A program made the translations under genes and the position numbers. Source: Snowella sp. (GTDB lineage Bacteria; Cyanobacteriota; Cyanobacteriia; Cyanobacteriales; Microcystaceae). From it: 64,000 nt of DNA. The DNA lies in assembly GCA_035285545.1 (NCBI GenBank), contig JAYKGY010000129.1, forward strand, positions 15,047 through 79,046, written 5' to 3'. Shown in pieces: positions 1-11,234 of the stretch. How positions within the stretch are numbered: the first letter of the stretch is position 1; every line of letters starts with the position of its first letter. The notes under the pieces are model-generated. The model had not been told where the DNA came from. It saw only the letters and a list, made by a program, of their open reading frames with translations, and did no database searches.

Positions 1-181
1 TCCCTTTGCATTGGTGATAATTCGATTCGTATTTCAAAAATCTCTTTTCCGCAAAATAGAACTGCCTGATCGAGTAAAGCCCTACGTTGTAGAGGTTCTT
101 GCTCAATCGGCACAGTTCTCTCAGGGCAAAAAACTCTTGCTTACTGAGATCTCTGAGTTGACATTTTTGCGTGAGATACAT
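1..181 (-). mobile_element. tnpB: 5' part of an IS200/IS605-family (IS1341-like) TnpB gene, running off the left edge
   Basis: Not in the ORF track. Manual translation from ATG 181 (preceded by AAGGT): MYLTQKCQLRDLSKQEFFALRELCRLSKNLYNVGLYSIRQFYFAEKRFLKYESNYHQCKG, matching the typical cyanobacterial TnpB N-terminus (LxxLCxxSKNLYN...RQ). No tnpA upstream. Confidence 0.85.
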
Positions 182-188
182 ACCTTAA

Positions 189-300
189 TTTCGCTAGTTA
201 ATATTTATATTAGCGAAAGACTAGGGTTTTGTGTTTGGCAGTCTTTGACTGCCTCTCCTATCCCTCCCCACCCTAAAGTGTGGGGTTTCTCGTAGGTTTT
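189..300 (-). mobile_element. Putative left end of the tnpB element with stem-loops
   Basis: Hairpins TTTCGCTA..TAGCGAAA (189-218), GGCAGTC-TTT-GACTGCC (237-253) and CCCCAC-CCTAAAGT-GTGGGG (266-285). The last resembles IS200/IS605 subterminal hairpins. Confidence 0.6.
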
Positions 301-303
301 TCG

Positions 304-768
304 ATGAATATGCACTCTAAGTATGAAGAACTCTGTCAACTCTATGCCCAAGCGCGACAAGCTTCGCTTCAATCAATCGAGGTTTGTCAACTGTTTGCAG
401 AGCTATTCATTGTGGGGATGGAAAATTATTTTCAATGTTCGATTGAAATTCCTAACTATAGCTTTGATGAACAGGGATCGATGCATTTTTATCCCGCGAT
501 CGCGCTTTATGCCGATCCCTTACAACCGGAAGAAGCCCAATCAGAATTAGTGGTTATTTCTATCTCTTTAGAGAAGTATGAAGATTGCTATGGATTAACG
601 CTTTTCCCCTGGGAAGAATCCTTTCAGGTGGTCGAAAGCCAGAAGGAAACGTTTATTCCTGTTTATGATTTTATTTTTGAGAAAATTAAAGAATCCTATG
701 CTAACTCCATGATTGCCGTGAATCATCATACCAATCGAGCAATCCGTAATTTAGGGTGGGATAGTTAA
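304..768 (+). CDS. Hypothetical acidic protein
   Basis: Open frame with ATG at 304 (or 310). No recognisable motif. Confidence 0.65.
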   Translation: MNMHSKYEELCQLYAQARQASLQSIEVCQLFAELFIVGMENYFQCSIEIPNYSFDEQGSMHFYPAIALYADPLQPEEAQSELVVISISLEKYEDCYGLTLFPWEESFQVVESQKETFIPVYDFIFEKIKESYANSMIAVNHHTNRAIRNLGWDS

Positions 769-779
769 TGGCCAGCTAA

Positions 780-2768
780 CTATTTCAGAATAAAACTAAG
801 AATTAAAAGCGCGATCGCTATCCCCCATCGCCACAGTAGCGGGTAGCATTTAACAGCCATTGTCCCAATTTCAATTTGCTTCAGCGTTAGATAGGGGGCA
901 AAGTTGCGTCGAAAACTCCCACTTACTTTGAGTGATTGGCTTAATAACATCTTCTCTGCCGGATTCATCGTAAATAATTTTTGCCAAGCCTTCCCCAGAA
1001 AAGTCGCCTTCACCGCAATAATGGCTTTTTGATCCTGAAAATATAGCCAAGTCCCCCACCCGCTTTTATATCGAAGAGCCTGTAATTCCCCTTCCCAATT
1101 GACCCGATGATTCCAAATAGGACTGGTGCCATCTGTATAAAACAGAGATTGAATCGATTTGTTACTAGGACGCTGATAGGAAAACGTTAAAAGCAAGGTT
1201 TGTAGTAACAATCCCAACCCCAACCCCAATAAGATTAAGCTCATTGCTTGAGGCAGCGATCGCGTTGAAGTCATCTTCGTTAGGAGAAACACAGTGAAAA
1301 TTCCCCATAGGGGGAGAAATAATAGATTTAACTCCCAAAAAAAGCGCAAATAAGCCACCCAACGCTTACGTTTTGTCGCTAGCTGTCGAAGTTGAGCAAT
1401 GTTAAAAAAGGTTCGGAGATCGAGTTGTTCAGCGTAGTGCGTTAACACTTGAAACCGTTTACCATTCAAAGGATGGGAACTTATTAATTCATAAACAGAA
1501 GACCAGGGATTAAACACATCCCAATAAATACTCGGTTCAATTTTTTCAGCGTTAAAAAAGAAGGCTTTTTCTGCGATCGCGGAAGGTTGAGTTCCCAAGC
1601 TCGAAAAATTCTGCATTCCTGCGAAAAAAGGAGCGGCTTGCTCAGCCTGTAAATCTTGTTGGATTCTAATTACCGGAATTTTCATCAAAGCATAGAGTAA
1701 CGCATTGGGATTGCCTGTTTGCGTAACGGCAAAATGATCGGCGTAATACTCCCGAGTGCGAGAGAGGTAACGATTAAAAAAGTCATTCAACTGAAAAAGC
1801 CCGTAACAAACCAAGGAAACCGGAACCGTCAGAAGCCGCCATCGTGAATCCTGCTGTGCCCCCTTCTCACACCATAAATAGGCTAAATAAAACCATTGTC
1901 CCCAACCGGAAGCCACCGTCATTGCTCGAAAATCTTGATGAATAATATGTCCCATTTCATGGGCATACATGACGGCAATTTCTTCGTCTGATAGATATTT
2001 TAATAATCCTTGACTGACGACAATACTCGCTTGGGCAACCGAGAGGCCATAGGTAAAAATAATCGGGCGGTCATCGGGAATCAAGCCTAAACGGGGCAAC
2101 TTTAAACGATACTCTCGACAAAGACGGAGCAGTAAATCCCCAGCTTCTGGGCTATAACGCTGAATATCGCTTAAGGTAATCGGTTGGGTTTGATAAAAGC
2201 GGGCTTGGAGTTGATCGATTAACCAACTGCTTAGCAGGGCAAATAGCCCATTCATGAGTAGGGTTGCCAATAGGGCATAAAGACTTATCGTAGTCAGGGA
2301 AAGGTTTGATCCGATGGCTAAAAGACCCCAAATAAGGACAAATCCGAAAATTACTGGCCAAATGAGAGTTATTCCGATGGCAAATTTAAGGCTATCGGCC
2401 ACTTTAGGCATTAACAGTTGGATATTGCTGAGATCTCCTTGCCTGGAATGATAAAAACTGGATTCTGCCTGTTCTTCTATTTTTTCATCCACCAGAAGGA
2501 GCTTTAAAATTGACTCCCCCCACTCTCTGACTTCTGTATGGGGAGAATGAATAAAGGCTTGACAAAGGGCGATCGCTTTTTCATCTTCTCCTAGCCCCCT
2601 ATAGGCCCTTACCAAAGACATTTGGGCTTGAACAAAGTAAGGAGATTCGACATCTGGACAACACTCACAAAAATCCTCTAATTTCGCGATCGCGTCTTCA
2701 TAATTCTGTTGTTGCAAAGAACGCAGGCCCTTTTGTAATTTTTTTAGGGATTCTTCGGGTGTGATCAT
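780..2768 (-). CDS. M48 (HtpX-like) membrane zinc metalloprotease with N-terminal TPR
   Basis: AHEMGH (HExxH) and SRTREYYADHFA motifs, SSHP motif, several TM segments, TPR-like N-terminus. Likely ATG at 2768. Confidence 0.85.
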   Translation of the reverse strand: MITPEESLKKLQKGLRSLQQQNYEDAIAKLEDFCECCPDVESPYFVQAQMSLVRAYRGLGEDEKAIALCQAFIHSPHTEVREWGESILKLLLVDEKIEEQAESSFYHSRQGDLSNIQLLMPKVADSLKFAIGITLIWPVIFGFVLIWGLLAIGSNLSLTTISLYALLATLLMNGLFALLSSWLIDQLQARFYQTQPITLSDIQRYSPEAGDLLLRLCREYRLKLPRLGLIPDDRPIIFTYGLSVAQASIVVSQGLLKYLSDEEIAVMYAHEMGHIIHQDFRAMTVASGWGQWFYLAYLWCEKGAQQDSRWRLLTVPVSLVCYGLFQLNDFFNRYLSRTREYYADHFAVTQTGNPNALLYALMKIPVIRIQQDLQAEQAAPFFAGMQNFSSLGTQPSAIAEKAFFFNAEKIEPSIYWDVFNPWSSVYELISSHPLNGKRFQVLTHYAEQLDLRTFFNIAQLRQLATKRKRWVAYLRFFWELNLLFLPLWGIFTVFLLTKMTSTRSLPQAMSLILLGLGLGLLLQTLLLTFSYQRPSNKSIQSLFYTDGTSPIWNHRVNWEGELQALRYKSGWGTWLYFQDQKAIIAVKATFLGKAWQKLFTMNPAEKMLLSQSLKVSGSFRRNFAPYLTLKQIEIGTMAVKCYPLLWRWGIAIALLILSFILK

Positions 2769-2995
2769 AACCAGGTTAAAAAACAATAACAATGTTCCCT
2801 TTCCAGCGATATTTTATTTTGATCAGAAAAGGAAAAACTATACTGATTATGTTACATTTCTATACTTTTAGTCCCTAAAATCCGTTTTACACCTACTGAA
2901 GCGTTTTCTGATGGCTTTTTAAGACTCATCCCTCAGGCTGCCTAAGGGGTTAGAGAGAAAGTCAATTTCTGCTAATTATAGAAATTTAGAACTAA

Positions 2996-3469
2996 TTAGG
3001 ACTGCATATTTTGTGTTTGTTCATCTTCGCGTTTCTCTTTTTCTCGCAATCGGCATTGCAGACGGGATAAGGATTCGCGATCGCTGATGGGCAATCGGGG
3101 TAAGGGTAAATCTAAATTGGGCCACATTGGCATATCGGCACAAGGACATAAATTAACGAAAGGATGACCATGATTGGCCGGAATAGGCAAAGAACAACGC
3201 CCACAATTAACAATTTCCCAATGAGCGGTTAATAATTCTTTGATCGTCTGCTCGGTTCCGTCTAAATAGCAATCTTCCGATGAACTGAGAATATCTTTCC
3301 AGTATTCTTCAAAAATTGCTGAAAAACGCTCCCCTTCAAAAACCGGATTGGGGAGTAGAACTCTCTGGCTTTTTGGCATGATCACGCCTTTACCCAACTG
3401 AAACCAATAGGCGAGATATTCTTTTACTTCAATTGCTGATGCCATATCGGGAAATGTATCCTCTGCCAT
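2996..3469 (-). CDS. Conserved cyanobacterial hypothetical protein (Cys-rich)
   Basis: EVKEYLAYWFQLGK, CYLDGTEQTI, CxxC..CxC..WPN motifs. Confidence 0.75.
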   Translation of the reverse strand: MAEDTFPDMASAIEVKEYLAYWFQLGKGVIMPKSQRVLLPNPVFEGERFSAIFEEYWKDILSSSEDCYLDGTEQTIKELLTAHWEIVNCGRCSLPIPANHGHPFVNLCPCADMPMWPNLDLPLPRLPISDRESLSRLQCRLREKEKREDEQTQNMQS

Positions 3470-3568
3470 GAGTGCAGAATTGTCCGAGGGTTAAGATTTT
3501 TGACAATTAATCCCTATCCTAACGAGCAAGTGTCGGGAATTGCGGAATTCTTTACATCCTTTTTACAA

Positions 3569-4144
3569 TTAGCGATGGGGATCAAAGTGGGGTAAAGGTT
3601 TTCCGAGTTGGCTTAAGTCTAAGACATGCCCTCCCGTTACGAGGTATACTTTGTCGGCGATCGCGCCAATGGATCGGGTTAAGTTCCCCAGGCGATCGCG
3701 AAACTGTCGGCCCAGAGGATAAGCCGGTACAACCCCCCAGCCAGTTTCCTCCGCCACAAAAATAATCGGATTAGCGCAAGTTTGTAAGCTCGTTAATAAT
3801 TTCTGTTGAGTTAATTGCCATTGCCCATCGTCTTGAGAAAGTAAATTGGCGACCCAGGTTCCTAAAGAATCCACTAATAAACAACTGGCAGGGGGAGAAG
3901 CGGCGATCGCGGAGTTTAAATCAACCGGAACTGCCTGAGTTTGCCAATGGGACGGACGACGGAGACGGTGTTTTTCCAAACGAGCTTGCCATTCTAAATC
4001 AGTAGGGTCTTCTTGGGATGTTGCAATGTAGATAACTGATGGAGATTTTTGATCCGCCAAATATTCCGCCCACTCACTTTTTCCCGACCGAGCCGGGCCA
4101 GTCACTAAAATAATTTCCCGATGAGTAGAAGTGTAGAGACTCAT
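3569..4144 (-). CDS. cobU: Adenosylcobinamide kinase / adenosylcobinamide-phosphate guanylyltransferase
   Basis: LVTGPARSGKSEWAE P-loop, YIAT, HRxRRP, EETGWGVVP, FRDxLG. Confidence 0.93.
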   Translation of the reverse strand: MSLYTSTHREIILVTGPARSGKSEWAEYLADQKSPSVIYIATSQEDPTDLEWQARLEKHRLRRPSHWQTQAVPVDLNSAIAASPPASCLLVDSLGTWVANLLSQDDGQWQLTQQKLLTSLQTCANPIIFVAEETGWGVVPAYPLGRQFRDRLGNLTRSIGAIADKVYLVTGGHVLDLSQLGKPLPHFDPHR

Positions 4145-4289
4145 AACAGGTATCAATACTATTACGTTGCGATAAAATACAAATTTTTGTAAGGATATAA
4201 TATATTTTGTCCTTACCCTATATGAAATTTAACGACTATTTCTAAAAAAACATAGAGGCATATCGTGTCAGCCCAAAAAGCTTAAATAA

Positions 4290-4997
4290 TCACTCTTTCT
4301 GCGTGGCCTTTCTAAAGGCTTCTCGTTCAGGAAAAAGGGTAACTAGCAGTTGATTAATATAAACCTGACCCACTACAGGTGTTTTCTGAGCCGCAATCTC
4401 TTTATTCTCAATAGGATTCGGGACAAATTCCAGCGTTTCAGGTTCAACTTCAGGTTGCAATTCCGTTTCTGACTTATTTGGAACGGATGGGGGTTGAACT
4501 TGCTCGGAAGTTTCTTGAGATGTCGTCGTGTCTTGCTCATCCGTATCCCAAGGCGAAGGAATTTCCGTTGAAGATACAGGGGAATTTGGAATGGGTTGCT
4601 CTTTTAAAGATTCTGTTTCGTTAGTTTCTGTTTTACCCTCCCAAGTGCGGGAAGTATCCCCTAATAAAGATCCTGGGGGAATCAGAGATAAGCTTTCAAT
4701 ATTGGTATTTAAAATAGTGCTTAAAGCCCCCACACAAGCATCCTGACCAATGCGAGCGCGACCAATAATTAAAACTCCAGCCCCAAGAGTTGCACCAGTT
4801 TCAATATCGATATTGCCCGCATAGGCATTAATAACAGTTCCTTTGCCTAAACAGACCCCTTCACCAATCATAATTTGGCTATGGGGAGCGGCTTGAAGGA
4901 TAACCCCCGGAGCGATTACCGCCGTTTCATGAATGGTGACATCCCCACTCACAAAATATTCCGAATTGCTAATAATTTGGACAGGCGGTAAACGCAT
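4290..4997 (-). CDS. ccmN: Carboxysome assembly protein CcmN
   Basis: Hexapeptide-repeat N-terminus, P/E/T-rich linker, C-terminal encapsulation peptide VVGQVYINQLLVTLFP. Follows ccmM. Confidence 0.95.
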   Translation of the reverse strand: MRLPPVQIISNSEYFVSGDVTIHETAVIAPGVILQAAPHSQIMIGEGVCLGKGTVINAYAGNIDIETGATLGAGVLIIGRARIGQDACVGALSTILNTNIESLSLIPPGSLLGDTSRTWEGKTETNETESLKEQPIPNSPVSSTEIPSPWDTDEQDTTTSQETSEQVQPPSVPNKSETELQPEVEPETLEFVPNPIENKEIAAQKTPVVGQVYINQLLVTLFPEREAFRKATQKE

Positions 4998-5122
4998 AGT
5001 TAGATATCACTCAAGTGTGATCAATGTTCGTTAGTTTCCTGACTATTAAAAAACTCAAAGACAGGTTGTCATGATGAATAAACCGACTCATCACGATGAA
5101 CTAAGCTAACAAACTATTGAAT

Positions 5123-7108
5123 TTAAGGACGTTGGATAATCGTTTCGAGAACACGACGCTTGGCATTGGTGTCAATTCCCAGTAAGCGGACGTATTCGCC
5201 TTGATGGTCAGCTAAACAGTTTTCTAAGGCGCGAATAATATCAGCTTCACGGGTTGCGGTAATGGGGGCGCAGCTTTCCCATGATTTGGAGCGAAAACGG
5301 CGTTTATCCGTATGTTCTGTTCCAATTTTGTAACCCTGGGATAACAGCGATCGCACTTGATTAACAACCGCCGAATCTAAACCTTTTGCACTGGACGCAG
5401 ACGCATAATTACTGGTACTGCTATTGGAATAAGCGGGGGCTGCTGTCGTTGCTGTCGCTTGGGTTCCATTAGTTGCATTGCCATCGGGACGTTGAATCAC
5501 TTTTTCTAACACCCGACGTTTCGCTTTGGAGTCAATGCCCAAGAGTCGAACGTATTCGCCTTGGTGTTCTTGTAAACAGTCTTCTAAAGCGGCAATCACA
5601 TCAGCTTCTCTGGTACTGTCGATGGGAGAGCAACTTTCCCAGGAATTAATCTTAAAACGGCGTTTATTGGCGTGTTCTGTCCCAATTTTATGCCCTTGAG
5701 CGAGTAAAGCACGAACTTCACTAATCACATCAGCGTTAAGTCCCGAACTACTGCCATTACTGCTGCTATTGCCATAGCTCAATTTTGAGGCAGGAGCAAT
5801 GCTGTTGCTAGAAGTCGCAGTTTCACTAGGCCGTTGAATAACCGTTTCAGAAATACGGCGTTTTGCCGCAGGATCGATGCCGATTAAACGAACGTAATGA
5901 CCTGAATGTTCGGCTAAAAAGCCTTCTAGTTTACGAACGGCATCACTTTCCCGTGCAGCATCGAGGGAGAAACCTGTTAACCAAGATCCTGTTTTAAAAC
6001 GACGGTTATCGGCGTATTCAACACCAATTTTGTAGCCTTGATTGAGTAAGGAACGAATTTGTCCGGCGGTATCAGCTTTTAACCCTTTGGCCGCACTACT
6101 GCTATGGCCGTTGTGGGAAAAATTACTGGTGGTTGTGGTTGTCCGACTGGTGCTTCCGGGCGTATCCCCAGGACGTTGGATAATGACTTCAACAACGCGA
6201 CGTTTAGCGTGGGTATCGATTCCCAACAGACGAACGTATTCGCCTTCGTACTCCCGTAACCAATTGGCGATCGCCGAGATCACTTGCTCTTCTCGATAGC
6301 TGTCAACCGTACCGCAACTCGTCCAAGATTTAGTCTTAAAACGACGTTGATCGGCATGTTCTGCACCGATTGTATAGCCTTGGCTCAGTAAGGAACGAAT
6401 TTGATTTCTAATTTCTGTATTAACACTCATAGTATTCACCGAATTTTCATAATTAATCTCATTAACATCATCCATAGAACGAGATGAATGTTCACGAATG
6501 GGCTTAACTCCCGTTCGGTTGTCCGTTCGCTGATAACTCGAACTTAAGGCTCCCGTAATTTCGACGATATGTTGAGCATAGGCTCGATCCTGGGGCTGGA
6601 CATTGGGCAAGTGGTCGGCTTGTTCCTGGTTGGTGACAACCATTCCCGATGGCACAAACTTACCAGGGGGAATTTCCACATTCTGAATGAGTGCGTGCAT
6701 CATGATCACACAGCCTCGACCGATCCTCGCGTTAAAGACCGTCGAGCGAAAACCAATAAAACACTCATCCCCGATATAGGCTGGGCCATGAATCAACGCC
6801 ATATGGGTAACACAAGTTTGTGCCCCAATCCACACAGAATACTCTTGGTCGTCGTCTCCTATGACCTTTCCTTTTTCTAAACCATGAATAACAACCCCAT
6901 CTTGAATGTGAGTTCCTTCACCGATATAAAAAGGTGTTCCTTCATCTGCCCGAATCGAAGTTCCAGGCGAAATCAGAACCTTTGCCCCCACTTTCACATC
7001 CCCAATCAGGTTTGAAAAAGAGTGGACATAGGCGGTTTCATCAATTTGGGGTTCGGCTAAGTGTTTCGACCAAGGAGCCGCAGGAGGAGCCGATGTACGG
7101 GCTGCCAT
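5123..7108 (-). CDS. ccmM: Carboxysome assembly protein CcmM (gamma-CA domain plus four RbcS-like domains)
   Basis: IRADEGTPF gamma-CA-like domain followed by four repeats of LLxQGxxIGxExAxxRRF...YVRLxGID..KRRxxExxIQRP. Confidence 0.98.
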   Translation of the reverse strand: MAARTSAPPAAPWSKHLAEPQIDETAYVHSFSNLIGDVKVGAKVLISPGTSIRADEGTPFYIGEGTHIQDGVVIHGLEKGKVIGDDDQEYSVWIGAQTCVTHMALIHGPAYIGDECFIGFRSTVFNARIGRGCVIMMHALIQNVEIPPGKFVPSGMVVTNQEQADHLPNVQPQDRAYAQHIVEITGALSSSYQRTDNRTGVKPIREHSSRSMDDVNEINYENSVNTMSVNTEIRNQIRSLLSQGYTIGAEHADQRRFKTKSWTSCGTVDSYREEQVISAIANWLREYEGEYVRLLGIDTHAKRRVVEVIIQRPGDTPGSTSRTTTTTSNFSHNGHSSSAAKGLKADTAGQIRSLLNQGYKIGVEYADNRRFKTGSWLTGFSLDAARESDAVRKLEGFLAEHSGHYVRLIGIDPAAKRRISETVIQRPSETATSSNSIAPASKLSYGNSSSNGSSSGLNADVISEVRALLAQGHKIGTEHANKRRFKINSWESCSPIDSTREADVIAALEDCLQEHQGEYVRLLGIDSKAKRRVLEKVIQRPDGNATNGTQATATTAAPAYSNSSTSNYASASSAKGLDSAVVNQVRSLLSQGYKIGTEHTDKRRFRSKSWESCAPITATREADIIRALENCLADHQGEYVRLLGIDTNAKRRVLETIIQRP

Positions 7109-7113
7109 AAATT

Positions 7114-7419
7114 TTAAGTAAGATATTCGTCTTTTTTGCTATACAAAGAACGGTTATTAACGGTGACAGTATCAATAATGCCTACCACCATCGCGTCTAA
7201 AGGGCGGTTTTCATTGCCACTATCAATACGAGCCGCACTCCCTCTGGTAACCAAGACCCATTCGTTCACACCTGCACCCACGATGTCCCCTGCTACTTCA
7301 TATTTGGGTAGCAGTTCACCTTGGGCATTGATATATTGAACAACAATGAGTTTTACACCCGTTAGACTGCGAGTTTTATGGGTACTTACCACCGTGCCAA
7401 GCACTTTGGCAATTTGCAT
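7114..7419 (-). CDS. ccmL: Carboxysome vertex protein CcmL
   Basis: [13 protein letters not shown]...[17 protein letters not shown]. Confidence 0.97.
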   Translation of the reverse strand: MQIAKVLGTVVSTHKTRSLTGVKLIVVQYINAQGELLPKYEVAGDIVGAGVNEWVLVTRGSAARIDSGNENRPLDAMVVGIIDTVTVNNRSLYSKKDEYLT

Positions 7420-7436
7420 ATTAAGCTAATCGCCTC

Positions 7437-7775
7437 TTAGATCCGTCGTAAGGGTTGGGGATTCACACTTTCACGGAATTGTTCAACCGCTTCGGTATAA
7501 CGGATAGGGAGAACATATTCGAGGTTTTCGTGAGGACGAGCAATGATGTGATTAGAAAGGACTTCTCCACCGTTAACACGACGGGCATTCTCAATCCCAG
7601 CCGAAACGGAAGCTTGTACTTCAGAAACATCTCCCCGAACGATAACGGTTACGCGACCACTCCCGATTTTTTCATAACCAACGAGGGTTACCCGTGCCGC
7701 TTTTACCATTGCGTCTGCTGCTTCGACGACAGCTGGAAAACCTAATGTTTCCACCATTCCAACAGCAATTGACAT
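7437..7775 (-). CDS. ccmK1: Carboxysome shell protein CcmK1 (long C-terminus)
   Basis: BMC domain with C-terminal extension [15 protein letters not shown]. Confidence 0.95.
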   Translation of the reverse strand: MSIAVGMVETLGFPAVVEAADAMVKAARVTLVGYEKIGSGRVTVIVRGDVSEVQASVSAGIENARRVNGGEVLSNHIIARPHENLEYVLPIRYTEAVEQFRESVNPQPLRRI

Positions 7776-7925
7776 AAGACGTATGCTCTCCTAAAAGATA
7801 AAAAATATCAGTTGTTTTTGTTTTTGTCTGTTATTAACATTGCGCGATCGCCATAGTTAAAAACTCTGGATACGAACACCGTTAAGCAACAATTCATTTA
7901 AAATTAATCGATTAACCGTAGCGGG

Positions 7926-8237
7926 TTAATAAGCGCGGAACTGTTCGACTTCTTCGGTGTAGCGAATGGGCAGAACATATTCGAGGTTTTCGTGAGGACG
8001 GGCAATGATGTGGGTAGAGAGAACTTGGCCTCCGTTGACCCGATTGGCAGATTCAATTCCCGCAGAAACGGAAGCTTGAACTTCTGATACGTCTCCACGA
8101 ACAATGACGGTCACGCGACCACTACCAATTTTTTCATATCCGACTAGGGTTACCCGTGCGGCCTTCACCATCGCGTCTGCTGCTTCGACAACGGCGGGGA
8201 AACCGAGCGTTTCAATCATTCCTACTGCAATTGGCAT
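7926..8237 (-). CDS. ccmK2: Carboxysome shell protein CcmK2
   Basis: BMC domain, 103 aa, ends EEVEQFRAY. First gene of the ccm operon. Confidence 0.95.
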   Translation of the reverse strand: MPIAVGMIETLGFPAVVEAADAMVKAARVTLVGYEKIGSGRVTVIVRGDVSEVQASVSAGIESANRVNGGQVLSTHIIARPHENLEYVLPIRYTEEVEQFRAY

Positions 8238-8851
8238 GGTTAACTTCCTCGCTTAATTTTACTTTAAGCCAGATTAAAATAGTACATTTGTTGTTGCATC
8301 CCAGATCAGTGGGATGATGTGAAAATCTCCAGGGTTCAGTGTTAGAATTTAGTGACGAATAAGGTCTCAACTAGACACGATGAACGGAGCTTAAACCCAA
8401 AAGGGCCAAGCTGGAAAAATTCGACGAGAGTGGCTAAATTTATTATTCACCCTAAGAAAAGCATAGGAAACCTTGGGCCCTTTGACAATATAAAAGATCA
8501 TGATATTTTTTAATTTGAGAGTTAACCAAAGTTAATCAATAACGCCATGAGAAAATTTAGGGCATAGGATTAAGCGAATTTTTAATCGAAAGACTGGATG
8601 GATTCAGCACAAATTTGTCTTTTTTTGCGAGAATTTATAGATTTTTGCGGAAGTGACCTGAAAGAATTGCAGCCCAATTAATTAGTAGTTTATGCTTAGG
8701 ATTTTTGTAAAAAATTTTTGGAAAGTTGTTGAAAGTGGGCGACTTTGATAAAAATTCAATGATCAATATTCTGAGTAAAAATGCTGAGTATTCTCATGGT
8801 TGAATTTATATTTTTAAATGGTGATTAAGCCAACCATTGATGATAATTAAT

Positions 8852-9427
8852 ATGGAAAGTCATGAGCCTTGGACGTGTCTTGGCCGATTGGTGGAAATTC
8901 GCTCACCTTGGTTAACGGTAATTGGAGAAACCCTGGAAACCGATCAGCAGCAAGTTGTGGAATATTGGCGAGTTGAGAAAGCCGATTCAGTGATCATTTT
9001 GCCGATTCAGGGCGATCGCCTGTTATTGCCTAAACCGATGTATCGACCAGGGTTAGGGCAAACTACACTGGATTTTCCAGGCGGAAGAGTTGATCCCAAA
9101 ACCGCGATCGCTGACATTGCCTTCAACATTCTGGAACGAGAATTAGGCATTATGAGAGAGGCAATAGAAGACTTACGACCGTTAAATCAGACAGGATGGG
9201 CCGTGAATAGTTCGTTTTCCAATCAGAAATTGTATGGTTATACTGCCCAAATTAAGCCTAGCTATCCGATTAATCCCTCCTATTTAGGAGTAAGCTATGA
9301 AATCAATCCAGTGGGAATCCAGCAGTTATTAACCGTTTTAAGCTGTTTACAATGTCGAGCCGTACTGTTGGAATGGTGGACAAATTATCTCCTGAATCTT
9401 GAGGAAACGCGATCGCCTTCTACATAG
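8852..9427 (+). CDS. NUDIX-fold protein (degenerate Nudix box)
   Basis: YRPGLG..LDFPGGR..ILERELG. The canonical REUXEE is incomplete. Confidence 0.75.
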   Translation: MESHEPWTCLGRLVEIRSPWLTVIGETLETDQQQVVEYWRVEKADSVIILPIQGDRLLLPKPMYRPGLGQTTLDFPGGRVDPKTAIADIAFNILERELGIMREAIEDLRPLNQTGWAVNSSFSNQKLYGYTAQIKPSYPINPSYLGVSYEINPVGIQQLLTVLSCLQCRAVLLEWWTNYLLNLEETRSPST

Positions 9428-9498
9428 GGAGTTATGAAAAATCTCTCCAGATTATTTAAAATGACAGCCAAGTAAGTATAACTTTAAAAAATCTAGCA

Positions 9499-10164
9499 AT
9501 GACTCAAAAAATTACGTTAACGATTCTCTGGCTAGGATTTGTGGTGTATGCCTTCTTTTTGTCGCCCCCCAATCAACCGGATACCTTTGAATTGATTAAG
9601 GATTTATCGACAGGTCAGTGGGATGGGATTAATACTCTCGTCATTAGTTTGTTTAATCTGATGGGGGTCTGGCCCTTGGCCTATGCCTGTGTCCTATTGG
9701 CGGATGGACGAGGACAAAAGATTCGCGCTTACCCCTTCGTCTTGGGTTCGATGTTTGTGGGAGCTTTTGCCGTTTTGCCCTACTTAATTTTCCGAAACGC
9801 TAATCCCAACTTCACCGGCCCAAAAGATTGGATTATCAAACTTTTTGATTCGCGGATAACCGCTATTTTTCTGTTAATTACCGCTTTAGCCCTATTGTGG
9901 TTTGGATTTTCCCAGGGCAACTGGACGGATTTCGTCAACCAATGGCGCAGCGATCGCTTTATCCATACCATGAGTCTCGATTTTTGCTTCCTAGCCTTCC
10001 TCTTTCCTGTATTAATAGATGATGATTTAGCACGCCGAGGGATGGAAGAAGCGAGCATTTTTAGGCTTCTGGTTTGGTTTCCCTTACTTGGCCCGCTGGT
10101 TTACCTCTGTTTGCGTTCCCATTTACCCAATGAAGTCGCTATGATGGAAAAGCCTGAAACTTAG
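9499..10164 (+). CDS. Conserved multi-pass membrane protein (DUF2834-like)
   Basis: Several TM helices; FNLMGVWP, FIHTMSLDF and DDLARRG motifs seen in cyanobacterial/plant homologues. Confidence 0.75.
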   Translation: MTQKITLTILWLGFVVYAFFLSPPNQPDTFELIKDLSTGQWDGINTLVISLFNLMGVWPLAYACVLLADGRGQKIRAYPFVLGSMFVGAFAVLPYLIFRNANPNFTGPKDWIIKLFDSRITAIFLLITALALLWFGFSQGNWTDFVNQWRSDRFIHTMSLDFCFLAFLFPVLIDDDLARRGMEEASIFRLLVWFPLLGPLVYLCLRSHLPNEVAMMEKPET

Positions 10165-10339
10165 GGTATGATTGCCCTTGAGTCATTGAAGGGACTATAT
10201 CTAAACCATTGGACAGTTTGAGGGGGGAATTTTATCTCAGAATTGTCATTTTGCACTAGAGTAGTACCTATATTATAAAAAATGGTCAAGGAAGACTTAA
10301 CCATAATCAATCCATTATTTTTAGGAGATTATCGCGCTT

Positions 10340-11035
10340 ATGCCAGAGCTTGCTGTACGCTCAGAGTTTGACTACGCTAGCGAAACCTATAAAGACGCTT
10401 ACAGTCGGATTAACGCCATTGTCATTGAGGGAGAACAGGAAGCCCATGACAATTATTTACAAATGGCAGAACTCCTGACTGATGATAAAGAAGAATTAAT
10501 TCGTCTGGCAAAAATGGAAAATCGTCACAGGGCAGGCTTTCAATCCTGTGGTCGGAATTTAAGCGTCACCCCTGATATGCAGTACGCGAAAGAATTTTTT
10601 GCAGGACTTCATGGCAATTTTCAAAAAGCTTATGCAGAAGGCAAAATTGTGACTTGTCTTTTAATTCAAGCCTTAATTATCGAAGCTTTCGCGATCGCTG
10701 CCTACAATATCTATATTCCTGTTGCCGATGACTTTGCGCGGAAAATTACCGAAAACGTGGTTAAAGATGAATACACCCACCTGAATTTCGGAGAAAAATG
10801 GTTACAAGCCAACTTTGAAACCGCTAAAGCCGAATTAGAAGAAGCCAACAAAGAGAACCTTCCCCTAGTCTGGAAAATGCTCAATCAAGTTGAAAATGAT
10901 GCCAAAACGCTGGGCATGGAAAAAGAAGCGTTGGTTGAAGACTTTATGATTAGTTACGGCGAAGCCCTCAGTACTATCGGTTTTAAAACCAGTGACATTA
11001 TGCGGATGTCTGCTCATGGGCTGGTCAAAGGGTAA
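10340..11035 (+). CDS. ado: Aldehyde-deformylating oxygenase (alkane synthesis)
   Basis: [19 protein letters not shown], di-iron ExxH motifs. AGGAG RBS. Confidence 0.98.
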   Translation: MPELAVRSEFDYASETYKDAYSRINAIVIEGEQEAHDNYLQMAELLTDDKEELIRLAKMENRHRAGFQSCGRNLSVTPDMQYAKEFFAGLHGNFQKAYAEGKIVTCLLIQALIIEAFAIAAYNIYIPVADDFARKITENVVKDEYTHLNFGEKWLQANFETAKAELEEANKENLPLVWKMLNQVENDAKTLGMEKEALVEDFMISYGEALSTIGFKTSDIMRMSAHGLVKG

Positions 11036-11078
11036 ACGACAGCTTTTCCCTTGATCAATTGTCAAATTCCCAAGCCTG

Positions 11079-11108
11079 AAGCCTGCTCCTGCGGGCTTTA
11101 TTTCTTTT
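11079..11108 (+). terminator. Rho-independent terminator candidate between ado and aar
   Basis: AAGCCTGC-TCCT-GCGGGCTT stem-loop followed by TATTTCTTTT. Confidence 0.55.
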
Positions 11109-11234
11109 AACAGCAGAAAAAACAATCCTTTTTAAGGAATGCAAATTTTGTGCAATACTGTTAAGAGTTTTACTGCTTCTTAACCTCTAGCGCTTTTTTC
11201 TCTAATCTCTCTCAATCCCTTAAATCTATTGTCC

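Noticed and set aside
11..295. 94-aa plus-strand ORF from the track
   Set aside because: Antisense shadow of tnpB and the element end; no protein features.
3569..8237. ccm operon lacking ccmO and followed by cobU
   Set aside because: A satellite ccmO location is known in Synechocystis-like strains, so this is not unusual.
7437..8237. Near-identical DNA blocks suggesting a repeat element
   Set aside because: Explained by the ccmK1/ccmK2 paralogue pair.
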